In this document: one piece after another, positions 1 to 10,086 of the stretch
Numbering within the stretch: position 1 is the stretch's first letter
Layout of the letters: every line of letters starts with the position of its first letter
The notes under the pieces: model-generated
What the model saw: only the letters and a program-made list of their open reading frames with translations
Told to the model about the DNA's origin: nothing
Database searches by the model: none
Position numbers and translations under genes: made by a program
Virus record (IMG/VR): IMGVR_UViG_3300046167_000724
Reading direction: 5' to 3' (one strand)
From: a virus
Taxonomy: Duplodnaviria; Caudoviricetes
DNA: 64,000 nucleotides

Positions 1-2
1 AT

Positions 3-1085
3 AATGTTAGGGGTATTGCTAAAATACCTGGTATGTATACCGATGAATGTAAATCATATGGTGAGGGTTCTTCAATTGATCATATAAAAGCGGTTGCAAC
101 TGATTTAAAATTAGGACTTGCAACAAATATAAGCGACACTAAAGATACAATGCGTAGATTTTGTGCATACCAAACTAAACTTGAAATGCTTTCGAATACT
201 GTATTACATTCGTATTTAGATGATAACTCATTTCAAACATATTCGATTGACCCGTATTATTACATTAATTTTGTTGACATTCAAAAAATAATGAATGCAC
301 CTGAAGATATTGAAATACACGAATACATTACTAATAAAATGTTTCACGAAAGAGGGACAGACCCTACAACTGGTGCTGGTGAAGTTGAATCACAATTAAT
401 ACTTACGAATCATCATTTGGCTAGTGGTGGTAACACTAGTATTGAAAGATATAATCTTATTAATAATTCTACTAAAATAGCTTTAGAGAATGGTTATAAA
501 AGAAAGATGCAATATTTTGATTATGACGGAAGTGTTGGCAAAGACCTTATTGAATTTGATGTTGAATCATTAGTTGGTGATAATATTAAAGATCATGAAG
601 AAGCTTTGAAGGGTCGTAGAAATTCTGAAGTTGACGAATACAATACTCATATAAAACAAAAATATGTTGGTATTCAAAGCGATAGTGTTCATGATAATTA
701 TAAATTTGCTGCAATTAATAACATTCAAAATTTAATAGAGTTGGACAAGATGTATTTAGAAGTTCATCTTGAGGGTATGAATCCAGCTTTATATCGTTAT
801 ATGAAAGTTCCTGTAAATATTTTTAATTATGGTGAAGTGAACGGTGATGTTACTGAAAGTATTAACAAAGAAAAGCGAGAAGGTGATTTTGATGTTAAAG
901 CCGATGATACTAAAAATGAAAATGACGTTAATGAAAATGATATCTCATCATTTACACTAGATGAATTCTTATCAGCACATTATATTATACTTGGTATAAA
1001 ATATTTGTATGACGCTGAATTGGGTTATTCACAGACTCTTAAATTAGGGCGTAGGGAATGGCCGGCGAGATTAAACAATATTTGA
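3..1085 (+). CDS. Baseplate hub-like protein (T4 gp27 / P2 gpD-type), 5'-truncated by the window edge
   Basis: Frame is open from base 3, upstream of the ORF-track ATG at 33. C-terminal 'HYIILGIKYLYD..YSQTLKLGRR' pattern and position two genes before a gp5-like spike fit a hub protein. Confidence 0.5.
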   Translation, partial: NVRGIAKIPGMYTDECKSYGEGSSIDHIKAVATDLKLGLATNISDTKDTMRRFCAYQTKLEMLSNTVLHSYLDDNSFQTYSIDPYYYINFVDIQKIMNAPEDIEIHEYITNKMFHERGTDPTTGAGEVESQLILTNHHLASGGNTSIERYNLINNSTKIALENGYKRKMQYFDYDGSVGKDLIEFDVESLVGDNIKDHEEALKGRRNSEVDEYNTHIKQKYVGIQSDSVHDNYKFAAINNIQNLIELDKMYLEVHLEGMNPALYRYMKVPVNIFNYGEVNGDVTESINKEKREGDFDVKADDTKNENDVNENDISSFTLDEFLSAHYIILGIKYLYDAELGYSQTLKLGRREWPARLNNI

Positions 1086-1091
1086 TATATA
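1084..1091 (+). promoter_or_regulatory. Putative late promoter GATATATA (overlaps a T4-type TATAAATA at 1088-1095)
   Basis: Motif recurs at gene boundaries upstream of structural genes; lies 4 nt before ATG 1096. Confidence 0.55.
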
Positions 1092-1095
1092 AATA

Positions 1096-2253
1096 ATGGC
1101 AGATAATACTAGATATAATTTTACTAAAGGGATGTTAAGAACATCCGCTAAAAACCCATATCAAGACCCTACGTTTTTAACGTTTACTTTAAAGTTTGAT
1201 ATGCTAAGCCCTTTATTTAATAAAGATGTTGCGGTTAAATCTTTACGTGAACAATATAAGGAAGAAACTAAAGCAACTCAGCTAGAAAAGTTTATTAGTA
1301 CACTAACATTAATTAATAAAGAAATGCCATGGTATTTTAAATCAATTAGTGGTATAGATGCTGCTTTTGATATTGATATGTTAGAACCATATTTGGGCGG
1401 TGACGATAAAAAACTAGAAATAGAATGTAATGAATCTATTAATCTTGCAATTACAGGTTTGATGGATTTGTATAGAGAAGCTGTTTATAACCTAGACGGT
1501 TGGACACAAGTTCTTCCAGAAAATTATAAAAGATTCAATATGTATGTTATTGTTTCTGAAGTTAGAAATATACAAACAGTTAAAAATAATAAGAGTGGTA
1601 AAGAAGTTAATATAAACGATGAAATCACAGCTGATTCAAAACCAATGTTTATGTTTAAATATAAATCTTGTAAATTTGATATTACGTCTGGTAAAGAAAC
1701 TTTCTCATCATTAAGTTCAGCAGAGCCATCAAGCCCACAACCTAAAATTAGAATAAAATACGAATCTATTAAAAAGTTTAATGCTACTTATTTAAATGGT
1801 ATATCTGACATAACATTAGATGGCAGTCCAGGTGTTGGTACTGAAGATAAAAAGCCAACATTTAGCGAAAGGGGTTTAAGTGCACTTGATGATGCGCTAC
1901 AAACTGTAAGTGATGGTATTACAAATTTTAATCCTATTAATGAACTGACAAGGCCAAATAATGTATATGGTTCAATATTTGATCAAGCTTTTCAAAGGGC
2001 CGTTGGTGAAGTAGATGATATTGCAGGTGGTATTAGCAGAATACCTAATAATTTATTTAAGGACGGTTTAAGTGCTGCGGAAAATGAAGTACAAAGTTTA
2101 ATTAAAAGTGCTAAAGCAAATATATTTGGTATTGAACCAGGTTCAACTTTAGGTGCCGCTTTGAAACAGGGCTCGATCAATTCTATATTTCCAGATATTC
2201 AACAAATTAGTTTATTTAAAAATAAAAATAATTTAGGCAACATTAATAAATAA
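1096..2253 (+). CDS. Putative tail-tube-fold baseplate/tube junction protein (gp48/gp54/gp19-like)
   Basis: 385 aa; beta-rich N-terminal half (LEIECNES..., RFNMYVIVSEVR, FMFKYKSCKFD) resembles tube-fold proteins; sits between hub and spike genes. Confidence 0.35.
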   Translation: MADNTRYNFTKGMLRTSAKNPYQDPTFLTFTLKFDMLSPLFNKDVAVKSLREQYKEETKATQLEKFISTLTLINKEMPWYFKSISGIDAAFDIDMLEPYLGGDDKKLEIECNESINLAITGLMDLYREAVYNLDGWTQVLPENYKRFNMYVIVSEVRNIQTVKNNKSGKEVNINDEITADSKPMFMFKYKSCKFDITSGKETFSSLSSAEPSSPQPKIRIKYESIKKFNATYLNGISDITLDGSPGVGTEDKKPTFSERGLSALDDALQTVSDGITNFNPINELTRPNNVYGSIFDQAFQRAVGEVDDIAGGISRIPNNLFKDGLSAAENEVQSLIKSAKANIFGIEPGSTLGAALKQGSINSIFPDIQQISLFKNKNNLGNINK

Positions 2254-2921
2254 TGGAACGTAAGGAACTTTTTAAAGATAATTTAAGGGATTCCCATTGG
2301 TTAGGTGAAGTTGTAGATGTACAAGACCCGAATGGTAAAGGTAGATGTAGAATTAAAGTTTATGGCAAATTTGATTTACTTGAAACTGAAGATATACCTT
2401 GGGCTACTCCTGCTAATAATCAAATCACTGGTTCAATGTCAGTACCAAATGTTGGTGACGTTGTAGCAATCTATTTTGATAATGGCGACGTGTATACTCC
2501 TGTTTATAAAAACTCACCAAGAATTGATAGTACTTTTAAAGCTGACGTATTAGACGTTACGGGTACACCAGAGCTAACGACTTCATTAGTTTATGATACT
2601 ACTAAGGGTGTTAAGATTTACCATACACAAGAAGATGGTTTAATTATATCAACGGGTGATGGTGTTGAAGCTGACCCTGCAATTAGGGTTAGTAATGATG
2701 GCAAAATTTATTTATATGCTAATGATATTTTTATTGCTAGTTCATTTGGAGACGAATCAGAACCTGCGGTAAAGGGGCAAACACTTACAGACTTGTTAAG
2801 TGATATGCTTAATGTTATTAAAGAACATACACACGTCAATGCAGGACCTGTAAATCCATTAAATGTAATTGACCTGGCGCTTATGCAACAAACAATTGAT
2901 TCAATTAAACAAGAGTCTTAA
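2253..2921 (+). CDS. gp5: Baseplate central spike, gp5/Vgr OB-fold protein with HxH metal-binding apex
   Basis: 'WLGEVVDVQDPNGKGRCRIKVYG...IPWA...VPNVGDVVAIYFDNGD' is the gp5 N-terminal OB-fold signature; C-terminal 'EHTH' as in P2 gpV-type spikes; no lysozyme domain. Confidence 0.85.
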   Translation: MERKELFKDNLRDSHWLGEVVDVQDPNGKGRCRIKVYGKFDLLETEDIPWATPANNQITGSMSVPNVGDVVAIYFDNGDVYTPVYKNSPRIDSTFKADVLDVTGTPELTTSLVYDTTKGVKIYHTQEDGLIISTGDGVEADPAIRVSNDGKIYLYANDIFIASSFGDESEPAVKGQTLTDLLSDMLNVIKEHTHVNAGPVNPLNVIDLALMQQTIDSIKQES

Positions 2922-2930
2922 TAATTTATT

Positions 2931-4244
2931 ATGGAAAAGTTTGGAATAGAAAAAGAGTTAGATGGTATCAAGGTAAGCCTTGAGTCATTTGTTAATTTAG
3001 GGATATTAATACCTGCAATACCAGATTATGAAACTATTGTTGAGATTTATACTAATGAAGTTGTTGGTTTTAAATCAATAATGGTTGAATTAACTGATAA
3101 GTATAAAGAGAAGTATGGTGACGCATGGTCAGAAAAAGAGTCTGAAATTAAAGAGTTAATTGCTGCTGAAAAGAAAAAGACTATTGATTACTATATGAAT
3201 GAAGGTCGTCAATTTTTAGAAGGTCTACATAAAACATTAATTGAAGCTTTTAAAAAATTATTAAAAAAAATTAAAGAAGTTGCAACTGATGTTGTTAAAA
3301 AAGTAACTGAAGCGGTAATGCCCACTACAATTGGAATCGGTGCACCTAACCCATTAAGTATAATATTAAAATTATTTATAGCTATTACTGAAATTAAAAG
3401 ACAATTAGATGTTATAGCATTATTAGGTATTAAGCTTATTGATGTATTTAAGCAAATTGGTATTTTAGATTTAGTAGAAACTATGACTGGTAGTATTGTG
3501 GATTTCAAAAAAAGTATTGATGCTAAGAAGGCAGCGGCTGTAGCTACTGGATCAAAAATAAAAGAAATAGGTACCGGGTTAAACCCAGCAGAACTTAAAA
3601 ATAAACTTGATTGGACTAAAACCATAGACATGTCAACGCCGCTTGGTCAACAAATTACTGCGGTGAAGTCATTAGTAAACACAGTCAAAAGTTCTTCAGA
3701 TGTTGTTGAAAGTAACAACAAGGCTATTGCAAAATCTGAAGCTAAACTTAAAAAGAAACAACAAGCTATATTTAGTGCAAAATACTACGCGGACCAAAAA
3801 ATATTTACAATACCATGGCCGGCTGGTGGTACTGAAAAGCCTGGTAGTGCTGTAATGGAAATTGCAACTAAACGATATGATATTGCATTTACAGATTTCC
3901 CATTAAATGCGGTGCAGATATTACGATTAATTAATAAATCAAATGATATTGAAGTTATTAATGGTCAAGATAGTGATCGTGCATGGCGTGAATTAATTAT
4001 TGATTTTAATAATTATATGAATGGTTATAAAGAATGGGCTAAAACAGCCCGTGAATTTGAAGAAGATGAAAATGGTACAGTAATTTTAGTGTCGGGTAGT
4101 AAGGATAGTGAAAATACCGGGGGCGGTGAACCAGGTAATACTGGTAAAGGCCGTGCTCCTAGTAGTAATAACAAGGGTGGCGTTGGTACTGCTAATGATG
4201 GGAGTGGTGTTAAAACACCTGAGGAAGGTGATAATCCTAAATAA
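2931..4244 (+). CDS. Hypothetical protein (helical/coiled-coil, low-complexity G/N/S-rich C-terminus)
   Basis: 437-aa ORF with codon usage like its neighbours, directly after the spike gene. Confidence 0.6.
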   Translation: MEKFGIEKELDGIKVSLESFVNLGILIPAIPDYETIVEIYTNEVVGFKSIMVELTDKYKEKYGDAWSEKESEIKELIAAEKKKTIDYYMNEGRQFLEGLHKTLIEAFKKLLKKIKEVATDVVKKVTEAVMPTTIGIGAPNPLSIILKLFIAITEIKRQLDVIALLGIKLIDVFKQIGILDLVETMTGSIVDFKKSIDAKKAAAVATGSKIKEIGTGLNPAELKNKLDWTKTIDMSTPLGQQITAVKSLVNTVKSSSDVVESNNKAIAKSEAKLKKKQQAIFSAKYYADQKIFTIPWPAGGTEKPGSAVMEIATKRYDIAFTDFPLNAVQILRLINKSNDIEVINGQDSDRAWRELIIDFNNYMNGYKEWAKTAREFEEDENGTVILVSGSKDSENTGGGEPGNTGKGRAPSSNNKGGVGTANDGSGVKTPEEGDNPK

Positions 4245-4314
4245 ATTTAGTTAAAAAGAGGCCCAAAAAAATGGGTTATATAATGTATATTATTCACTTT
4301 CTAACTAAATAAAA

Positions 4315-5643
4315 ATGGAAAACAAAAAAAGAGAACGAATTGGTGCTAAAAAGGTAACCATCGCTCAAACAGAAGACGTACAATCTGTAGAAAATGTACA
4401 AGAAGAAGTAACGGTTAACGAAGATACACGTGGTGGTTTTATGCATGACGACTATGTTCTACCAAACGGCGAATTCGATTGGGACGGTTACGAGCATGCA
4501 TTCAGCCACAAGTTAAGACCTAATTACAAGGTTAAAACTGCAAGTCACAAACATATTGTTTATTCACAAGATGTTGAAGCACAAAATTATTACAACATGA
4601 TCGAATCAACTTCATTTGAAATTGATATGATTACATCACTGGTAGTAGACTCTTATCTTGAGGGTACATTACATTCAATGTCTACTAAATGGGCGACTGT
4701 TAATGTTAACTACCGTGAGATGCTTTACATTGACCTTGATAAAGAAGATGCTGATATCATTAAAGATTACAGACCTGGTGATTCAGTCACTGTAAAGGTA
4801 CTTAGTGATAAAACAGCAGCTCGTGAATATGCAACAGCTTCTATAACTGAAGGCGCTAGACAAGCAATCTTTAATGAGCTTAGACAGGCTACTGAAGATG
4901 GTAGTACTGCATTTATGGGTACTGTTAAATCTATGATTCCAGGTGGTGGTTATATCGTTAAGGTTCAAGGTATTGAATGTTTCATGCCGGGTTCACTTGC
5001 TGGTATTAATAAACTAGCTGATTTTGAATCAATTATTGGTAATGATATGTATGTTGTACCAGATTCATTCTCTGCAAATCGTGGAACTATTGTAGTGTCT
5101 CACAGAGCTTATTTACAAGCTATGATTCCAACGAGTATTGCAAAAATAGAAGAAGACTTTGATGCGGTACATAATGGGTTTGTAACTGGTACTGCTAAGT
5201 TTGGTGTGTTCTGTGAATTTGAAGGTTGTCTAACGGGTATGATTCACGTTAATGATCTAAGTCCAGAATGGGCTGCTAAGCATAAAGGTGGAGATATTAA
5301 CCCAGGCGATGCAATTGACTTTAAAGTTAAAGAGGTTGTTTCTAATAAAAAGATTATCTTAACTCAAGTTGAAAAACAAGAAGTTAAAGAAGATTTATCA
5401 TGGGAAGAGTTTACTAAAGACTTGCAAATTCCTAGTGTGGTTGAAGGTAAAATCCGTTCTGTAAAAGATTATGGTGTGTTTGTTGGACTACATGGTAGTG
5501 TAACTGGTATGGCACATGTGTCTGGATTTGAAAAAGGTATTTCATTAACTGAACGTTTTTCAAAAGGTGATGAGGTTGCTGTTGAGATTACAAAAATCGA
5601 TAACGACACTAAGAAAGTATTTTTAAAGGTGGTTGGAGCTTAG
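4315..5643 (+). CDS. rpsA: Phage-encoded ribosomal protein S1 homologue (four S1 domains plus N-terminal extension)
   Basis: Tandem S1 repeats: 'GTVKSMIPGGGYIVKVQGIECFMPGS...IVVSHRAY', 'GFVTGTAKFGVFCEF...GMIHVNDLS', 'EGKIRSVKDYGVFVGL...GMAHVS...KGDEVAVEITKID', plus a degenerate first domain. Confidence 0.85.
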   Translation: MENKKRERIGAKKVTIAQTEDVQSVENVQEEVTVNEDTRGGFMHDDYVLPNGEFDWDGYEHAFSHKLRPNYKVKTASHKHIVYSQDVEAQNYYNMIESTSFEIDMITSLVVDSYLEGTLHSMSTKWATVNVNYREMLYIDLDKEDADIIKDYRPGDSVTVKVLSDKTAAREYATASITEGARQAIFNELRQATEDGSTAFMGTVKSMIPGGGYIVKVQGIECFMPGSLAGINKLADFESIIGNDMYVVPDSFSANRGTIVVSHRAYLQAMIPTSIAKIEEDFDAVHNGFVTGTAKFGVFCEFEGCLTGMIHVNDLSPEWAAKHKGGDINPGDAIDFKVKEVVSNKKIILTQVEKQEVKEDLSWEEFTKDLQIPSVVEGKIRSVKDYGVFVGLHGSVTGMAHVSGFEKGISLTERFSKGDEVAVEITKIDNDTKKVFLKVVGA

Positions 5644-5670
5644 GTTCCAACCAACCTAAAATATATGGTG

Positions 5671-5678
5671 GATATATA
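5671..5678 (+). promoter_or_regulatory. Putative late promoter GATATATA
   Basis: Intergenic copy of the recurring motif, 23 nt before ATG 5702. Confidence 0.55.
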
Positions 5679-5701
5679 TTGAAACAAGATATGATCCTCC
5701 G

Positions 5702-7006
5702 ATGTTAAATCAACAAAATAAAGATGTATTATTAAACTCACAAATTGGGTTTGAGTTTGAATTCTATTCAAATACATCTGTAGAAGAGACTGCTAAATCG
5801 GTTGGGCAACTATTGGGTCGTAAGATTCAAGTAGAAACAAAAGCCCATTCCGATTTTCAGCCTTCTGATAAGGTCTTTAAAATGGAACCTGATATGTCAG
5901 GTGGTGCTGGTCTAATTGAATTAGTTACTGGACCCCTACCGTATACGGATGCTAGGCTTATTGCTATTAAAATGCTTAAGTGGATTGACGAAAATGGTTC
6001 AACAAATGACCGTTGTGGATTGCACTTAAATATCTCATTCCAAAATGGAACTTACGGTAAATACTTTATTACTCATATGAATACACTTAAGTTTGTATTA
6101 GAGTTTAAGGAAGACCAAGTATATAAATATTTCCCACAAAGAGAGGATTTAGTTTATGCTAAATCAATTAAGTACATCTTACCAAAGAATGGCTTATTTC
6201 ATTTTGATGAAAGGTCTGTTAATAAATCTCAATTTAATTATCCCAATACTAAATACTATGGTGTTAACTTCTTAAAGCAGGAGATGGGTTATTTAGAATT
6301 TAGATACCTTGGCGGTAAAGATTACCAAAAGCGTACTAATGATATTTTGCATTTAATGGATGGTTGGATTACACAATTACATAAAATTTGTAGTGAACCT
6401 GGGCTTAATGAGCTGAATAGATTAGAGTTAAGAAGAATTATGCGTGAGATGGGTCCTGTAATAAGCCTGTATCGCGACCACAGGAACTTTAAAAAGTTTC
6501 AAGACATAACCTTTACATTTGACCTAAGCGAGGATGGTGGCAATCGAGGTGAGACTATTGACATGTATTGGGATCAAATAAAAGATAGAGTTATTAAACT
6601 CATTTCCGAAGGTGGTTTAGTTAAGGGTCATATCAACTACGATACTGATAGGTCTAAGGTTCAAATTAAAGATGGTGTATTTAAAGGTGCACATGATTTA
6701 GAACATTACGAAATGGTTAACTGTGAAATTGCGGGCGAAGTTAGGTACAGTGATCTTTATAACTGCAAAATTAAAGGGTCTGACCTTGAAGGTTGTAACT
6801 TATATCAAGGTACTAAATTAACTGATTCAAAAATTAAATCATCATACGTACACCAAAGCTGTGAGGCAAAAGATTCATATGTGTTTGGTAGAGATGGTGT
6901 ATTTAAGGGTAAAATGATAGGTGGTATTTTTAGAGAAGGTAATTATTCTGAAAGCACTGCTAAATTTGATGGTACTGAAATTGTACAGTCAACAAAAATA
7001 AAATAA
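5702..7006 (+). CDS. Putative amidoligase (COOH-NH2 ligase type 2) with C-terminal beta-helix-like repeats
   Basis: Motifs 'IGFEFEF', 'EPDMSG...IELVTGP', 'CGLHLNISF', 'KYYGVNF', 'LEFRYLGG'; C-terminus of short beta-repeats (NCEIAG, NCKIKGS, DSKIKSS). Confidence 0.75.
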   Translation: MLNQQNKDVLLNSQIGFEFEFYSNTSVEETAKSVGQLLGRKIQVETKAHSDFQPSDKVFKMEPDMSGGAGLIELVTGPLPYTDARLIAIKMLKWIDENGSTNDRCGLHLNISFQNGTYGKYFITHMNTLKFVLEFKEDQVYKYFPQREDLVYAKSIKYILPKNGLFHFDERSVNKSQFNYPNTKYYGVNFLKQEMGYLEFRYLGGKDYQKRTNDILHLMDGWITQLHKICSEPGLNELNRLELRRIMREMGPVISLYRDHRNFKKFQDITFTFDLSEDGGNRGETIDMYWDQIKDRVIKLISEGGLVKGHINYDTDRSKVQIKDGVFKGAHDLEHYEMVNCEIAGEVRYSDLYNCKIKGSDLEGCNLYQGTKLTDSKIKSSYVHQSCEAKDSYVFGRDGVFKGKMIGGIFREGNYSESTAKFDGTEIVQSTKIK

Positions 7007-7010
7007 TAAA

Positions 7011-7868
7011 ATGAGTGATATTTTTACAGGTAATCTTGATGATCTAACAACACCACCGGAATATGACATAAATTGTTGGAACGACTTTATAAACGAAATC
7101 GGATCACATGTTACGGGTGCTTGTATGATTCCAATGAATCTACCACAGTCGGAGGTTATCAATATTATTAAAAGAGCAAAAAAATGGTTTTATAAAAACT
7201 ATGAATACTCTGTAGTTGAAAACTTTTTATACATTCCAAATGAAGTATTTAGTACTGAACAATTTAAAAAAAGGAGAGCTTTAACTTTACCCGATGGTAA
7301 AATTACTTTACCAGGTGGTGCCGTAGTGTCAACTGACGGCGGTGAAGTATTCTCAGTATACGGTGTATTTGAAGCTGGTGCTGGTGGATTTGGTACTTCA
7401 ATTACTTTTCAAGAGGGTGATTTTGATATGGAAAGAATGTTGTACGGTCAAATGTCCACGGGCGGCTCACAAGTTGCTAAGGGTATGGAAAACCTACAGT
7501 ATTACGTTGTTAATCAAAGTGCTTTAGAATTAACTAAACAAATTTTAGATAATCCTATTTCATTTCACTACTCTCAATTAACACATGAAATTAAATTTAC
7601 TGGACAAACACCTAGAAAAGATGTGTTCTTAGAAATATATGAAACTATTCCAGACTGTGCTTTATTTAATGATGAGATATTCTTTAGATATGTTGCGGCG
7701 AAGGTAATGATTTCACTAGGACAAAAATTAGCAATATTTGGTTATAACCTACCAGGTGACGTTACGATTAATGCTGACATTATTCAAGGTATGGGTACTG
7801 ATGAATTAGATAAAGTTATTGAAGAAATTAAATCAGACGAAGGTACTGATTGGATGATGCATTCATAA
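7011..7868 (+). CDS. gp13: Neck protein, T4 gp13-like
   Basis: 'IIKRAKKWFYKNY' and the C-terminal 'RYVAAKVMISLGQKLAIFGYNLPGDVTINADII...DELDKVIEEI' match gp13-family motifs. Confidence 0.7.
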   Translation: MSDIFTGNLDDLTTPPEYDINCWNDFINEIGSHVTGACMIPMNLPQSEVINIIKRAKKWFYKNYEYSVVENFLYIPNEVFSTEQFKKRRALTLPDGKITLPGGAVVSTDGGEVFSVYGVFEAGAGGFGTSITFQEGDFDMERMLYGQMSTGGSQVAKGMENLQYYVVNQSALELTKQILDNPISFHYSQLTHEIKFTGQTPRKDVFLEIYETIPDCALFNDEIFFRYVAAKVMISLGQKLAIFGYNLPGDVTINADIIQGMGTDELDKVIEEIKSDEGTDWMMHS

Positions 7869-7872
7869 GTTA

Positions 7873-7880
7873 GATATATA
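7873..7880 (+). promoter_or_regulatory. Putative late promoter GATATATA
   Basis: Intergenic; 8 nt before ATG 7889. Confidence 0.55.
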
Positions 7881-7888
7881 ATATTACT

Positions 7889-8245
7889 ATGGATTTTTAC
7901 GTTAAAGCACCGGGTGACCCAAATTATGACCCATATAAGATACATTCTGAGAGTGAAGTTGCTCAGTTGATAGGTCAAATTGAAACAACATTATTCACAA
8001 ATAGAGGTGATGTGTTAGGTGACCCTAATTTTGGTGTTAGTTTAGAAGACTTAGTGTATTCACTGGGTTATACTGAAGAGCAAATCCAAAAGATTATATA
8101 CGACCAGTTTGATGCATACATCCCATTGGCACAAAAATATGATGTTAAAATTACAGTAGCCTTTTATAAAGGAGACGTTAGAGACATCGCACAAATTGAC
8201 ATTACAATTGATTCTAAATATCAAGTTGGTGTTTACATAAATTAA
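7889..8245 (+). CDS. gp25: Baseplate wedge/sheath-initiator, gp25-like
   Basis: 118 aa; 'TLFTNRGDVLGDPNFGVSLEDLVY' is the gp25 signature; immediately before a gp6-like gene. Confidence 0.8.
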   Translation: MDFYVKAPGDPNYDPYKIHSESEVAQLIGQIETTLFTNRGDVLGDPNFGVSLEDLVYSLGYTEEQIQKIIYDQFDAYIPLAQKYDVKITVAFYKGDVRDIAQIDITIDSKYQVGVYIN

Positions 8246-8256
8246 GGAACCTAATA

Positions 8257-10086
8257 ATGGCTGAATTTAAATTTTTACAAGCTGCTAGAATTAAAGCGTC
8301 GCAAATCAAAATTGATGCGCAGAAATACATTAGTAGAGTTTATGGTAGGGCTGGTAATTTATTTACGGCTGCTTCGCCATTTGCACAAATCATTCAAGTA
8401 ATGTCGGAACTTACTGAAATGATTTTCTATTATGTTGAAGATGCTACAGTTGAGCAAAACATAATGACCGCACAACAGCCTGAATCAATTTATGGTTTAG
8501 CAAGACTTACGGGTCATGACCCTTCAAGAGGTCTTTCGGCTATTGGTGAAATTGAAGTAAGATGGAAACCAGGTGCTCAAAATGAGATTGCGGGTAGTGC
8601 ACTTTATATAAATGCAAATAGTCAAATCCGTTCAGACTTGAATGGACTTCCTTATTTATTACGTACATCTAATGACATTATAACATTAAGCTCTTCTGAT
8701 TTTAACTATATTAAAATTCCAATTATACAAGGTACTTTAGAGTCACAAACGCTTACTGGAACTGGAGAAGCTTTTCAGACTTTTAATATTCAAACTGGTG
8801 GTACAACAGCACATGATGAAATTACAGTAGCCGTAAATGGTGAAGCTTGGACTAAATACGATTCATTATATGATATGAACGGTAACACTAAAGGAGTGGT
8901 TGTTAAAACTGGTATTCTTGGTGGTATTGATTTATTCTTTGGTAATGGTAATTTTGGAATGATACCAGGTAATGGTACTATCATTACTGTTGATTATATT
9001 AAGAATAAGGGTGCGGCTGGTAACTTGGGTGAATCTAAAGATGTTACTTTTAGTTTTGTTGATAAAGGATTTGATGGTCAGTCAAACGAATATAACCTTA
9101 ATGATTTTATTGAAATTAAAGTTACTTCATCTCCAAAGTTAGGTGCAAATCAAGAAAGTATTGAGTTTACTAGAATGATAGCACCATTACAATCTAAATC
9201 ATTTGTGTTAGCAACACCTGATAATTACTTACACTTCATGTCTAAGTTTAACATGTTCTCACACATTGAAGCTTATAATACATCTGAAGACCAATACTTA
9301 GATGATGATAACGTTATTTATATGTTCTTATTACCAGATGTTTCTAAAAAATTATCGTCGGCTGAAGATTACTTTTCAGTTTCACCTGAAGAATTTATAT
9401 TCTCTCAAGATGAATTAAATGCATTTAAAACAGCTATTGAAAACTCAGGTCAACAAATGGTAACTTCTGAAGTTTCTTTTGTTGAGCCAAAGCAAAGACT
9501 TTATTCAATGAATATTTCAGTTAGACATTTTGAAGGTTTTGACGAAGTACAATTAATGAATAATATTAGAGCAAAGATATCTGAATATCTTCTTAAGATT
9601 ACAAGAAGAGATAGACTACCTAAATCTGATATTGTTGCAATCATAGAAAACATTGATGGTATCGATTCCGTGAACGTGCAGTTCCTATCAAAGTCTCAAG
9701 AGGATGCTCTTAGAGATGGGTCATACACAGTTACACAGACTACCATCACCCCACAAACCCCAGTACTTGAGGACATTGGTAACGGTAAAAACCGTATGAT
9801 GTTCTTTAAGAAAACGGTCACATCTAAAACGGTTACATTTGATAAAGCTGATGGAATACCTGTCGATGTTAGAGAACAGGTTACAGGTCTTGATGCATAT
9901 GGTGATATTATTTTAGGCAAAGAAGAAATGGCTTTATTTAGAGGAGGTTGGTCTGACAGAACTGGTGGTATCGTTGCAGATGAACCAAAAATTGGTCAAA
10001 TGGCGTCTTTATCAGTTGCATTCTCACCACCTGTACCTAGAACTGTTTATACTAAATTACAAGCAGCAAACAGAAAAGCAATATAA
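8257..10086 (+). CDS. gp6: Baseplate wedge subunit, gp6/baseplate-J-like
   Basis: 609 aa; 'AQQPESIYGLARLTGH', 'IDLFFGNGNFGMIP', 'LGANQESIEFTRMIAP...LATPDNY' are gp6-family motifs. Confidence 0.8.
   Translation: MAEFKFLQAARIKASQIKIDAQKYISRVYGRAGNLFTAASPFAQIIQVMSELTEMIFYYVEDATVEQNIMTAQQPESIYGLARLTGHDPSRGLSAIGEIEVRWKPGAQNEIAGSALYINANSQIRSDLNGLPYLLRTSNDIITLSSSDFNYIKIPIIQGTLESQTLTGTGEAFQTFNIQTGGTTAHDEITVAVNGEAWTKYDSLYDMNGNTKGVVVKTGILGGIDLFFGNGNFGMIPGNGTIITVDYIKNKGAAGNLGESKDVTFSFVDKGFDGQSNEYNLNDFIEIKVTSSPKLGANQESIEFTRMIAPLQSKSFVLATPDNYLHFMSKFNMFSHIEAYNTSEDQYLDDDNVIYMFLLPDVSKKLSSAEDYFSVSPEEFIFSQDELNAFKTAIENSGQQMVTSEVSFVEPKQRLYSMNISVRHFEGFDEVQLMNNIRAKISEYLLKITRRDRLPKSDIVAIIENIDGIDSVNVQFLSKSQEDALRDGSYTVTQTTITPQTPVLEDIGNGKNRMMFFKKTVTSKTVTFDKADGIPVDVREQVTGLDAYGDIILGKEEMALFRGGWSDRTGGIVADEPKIGQMASLSVAFSPPVPRTVYTKLQAANRKAI

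Noticed and set aside
2253-2921. Tail lysozyme activity in the gp5-like gene
   Set aside because: Only 222 aa, comprising the OB-fold, a short beta region and the HxH tip; no lysozyme motif.
4262-4275. ccca-aaaaaa-tggg mini-hairpin upstream of the S1 gene as an autoregulatory operator
   Set aside because: A 4-bp stem is too weak to support from sequence alone.
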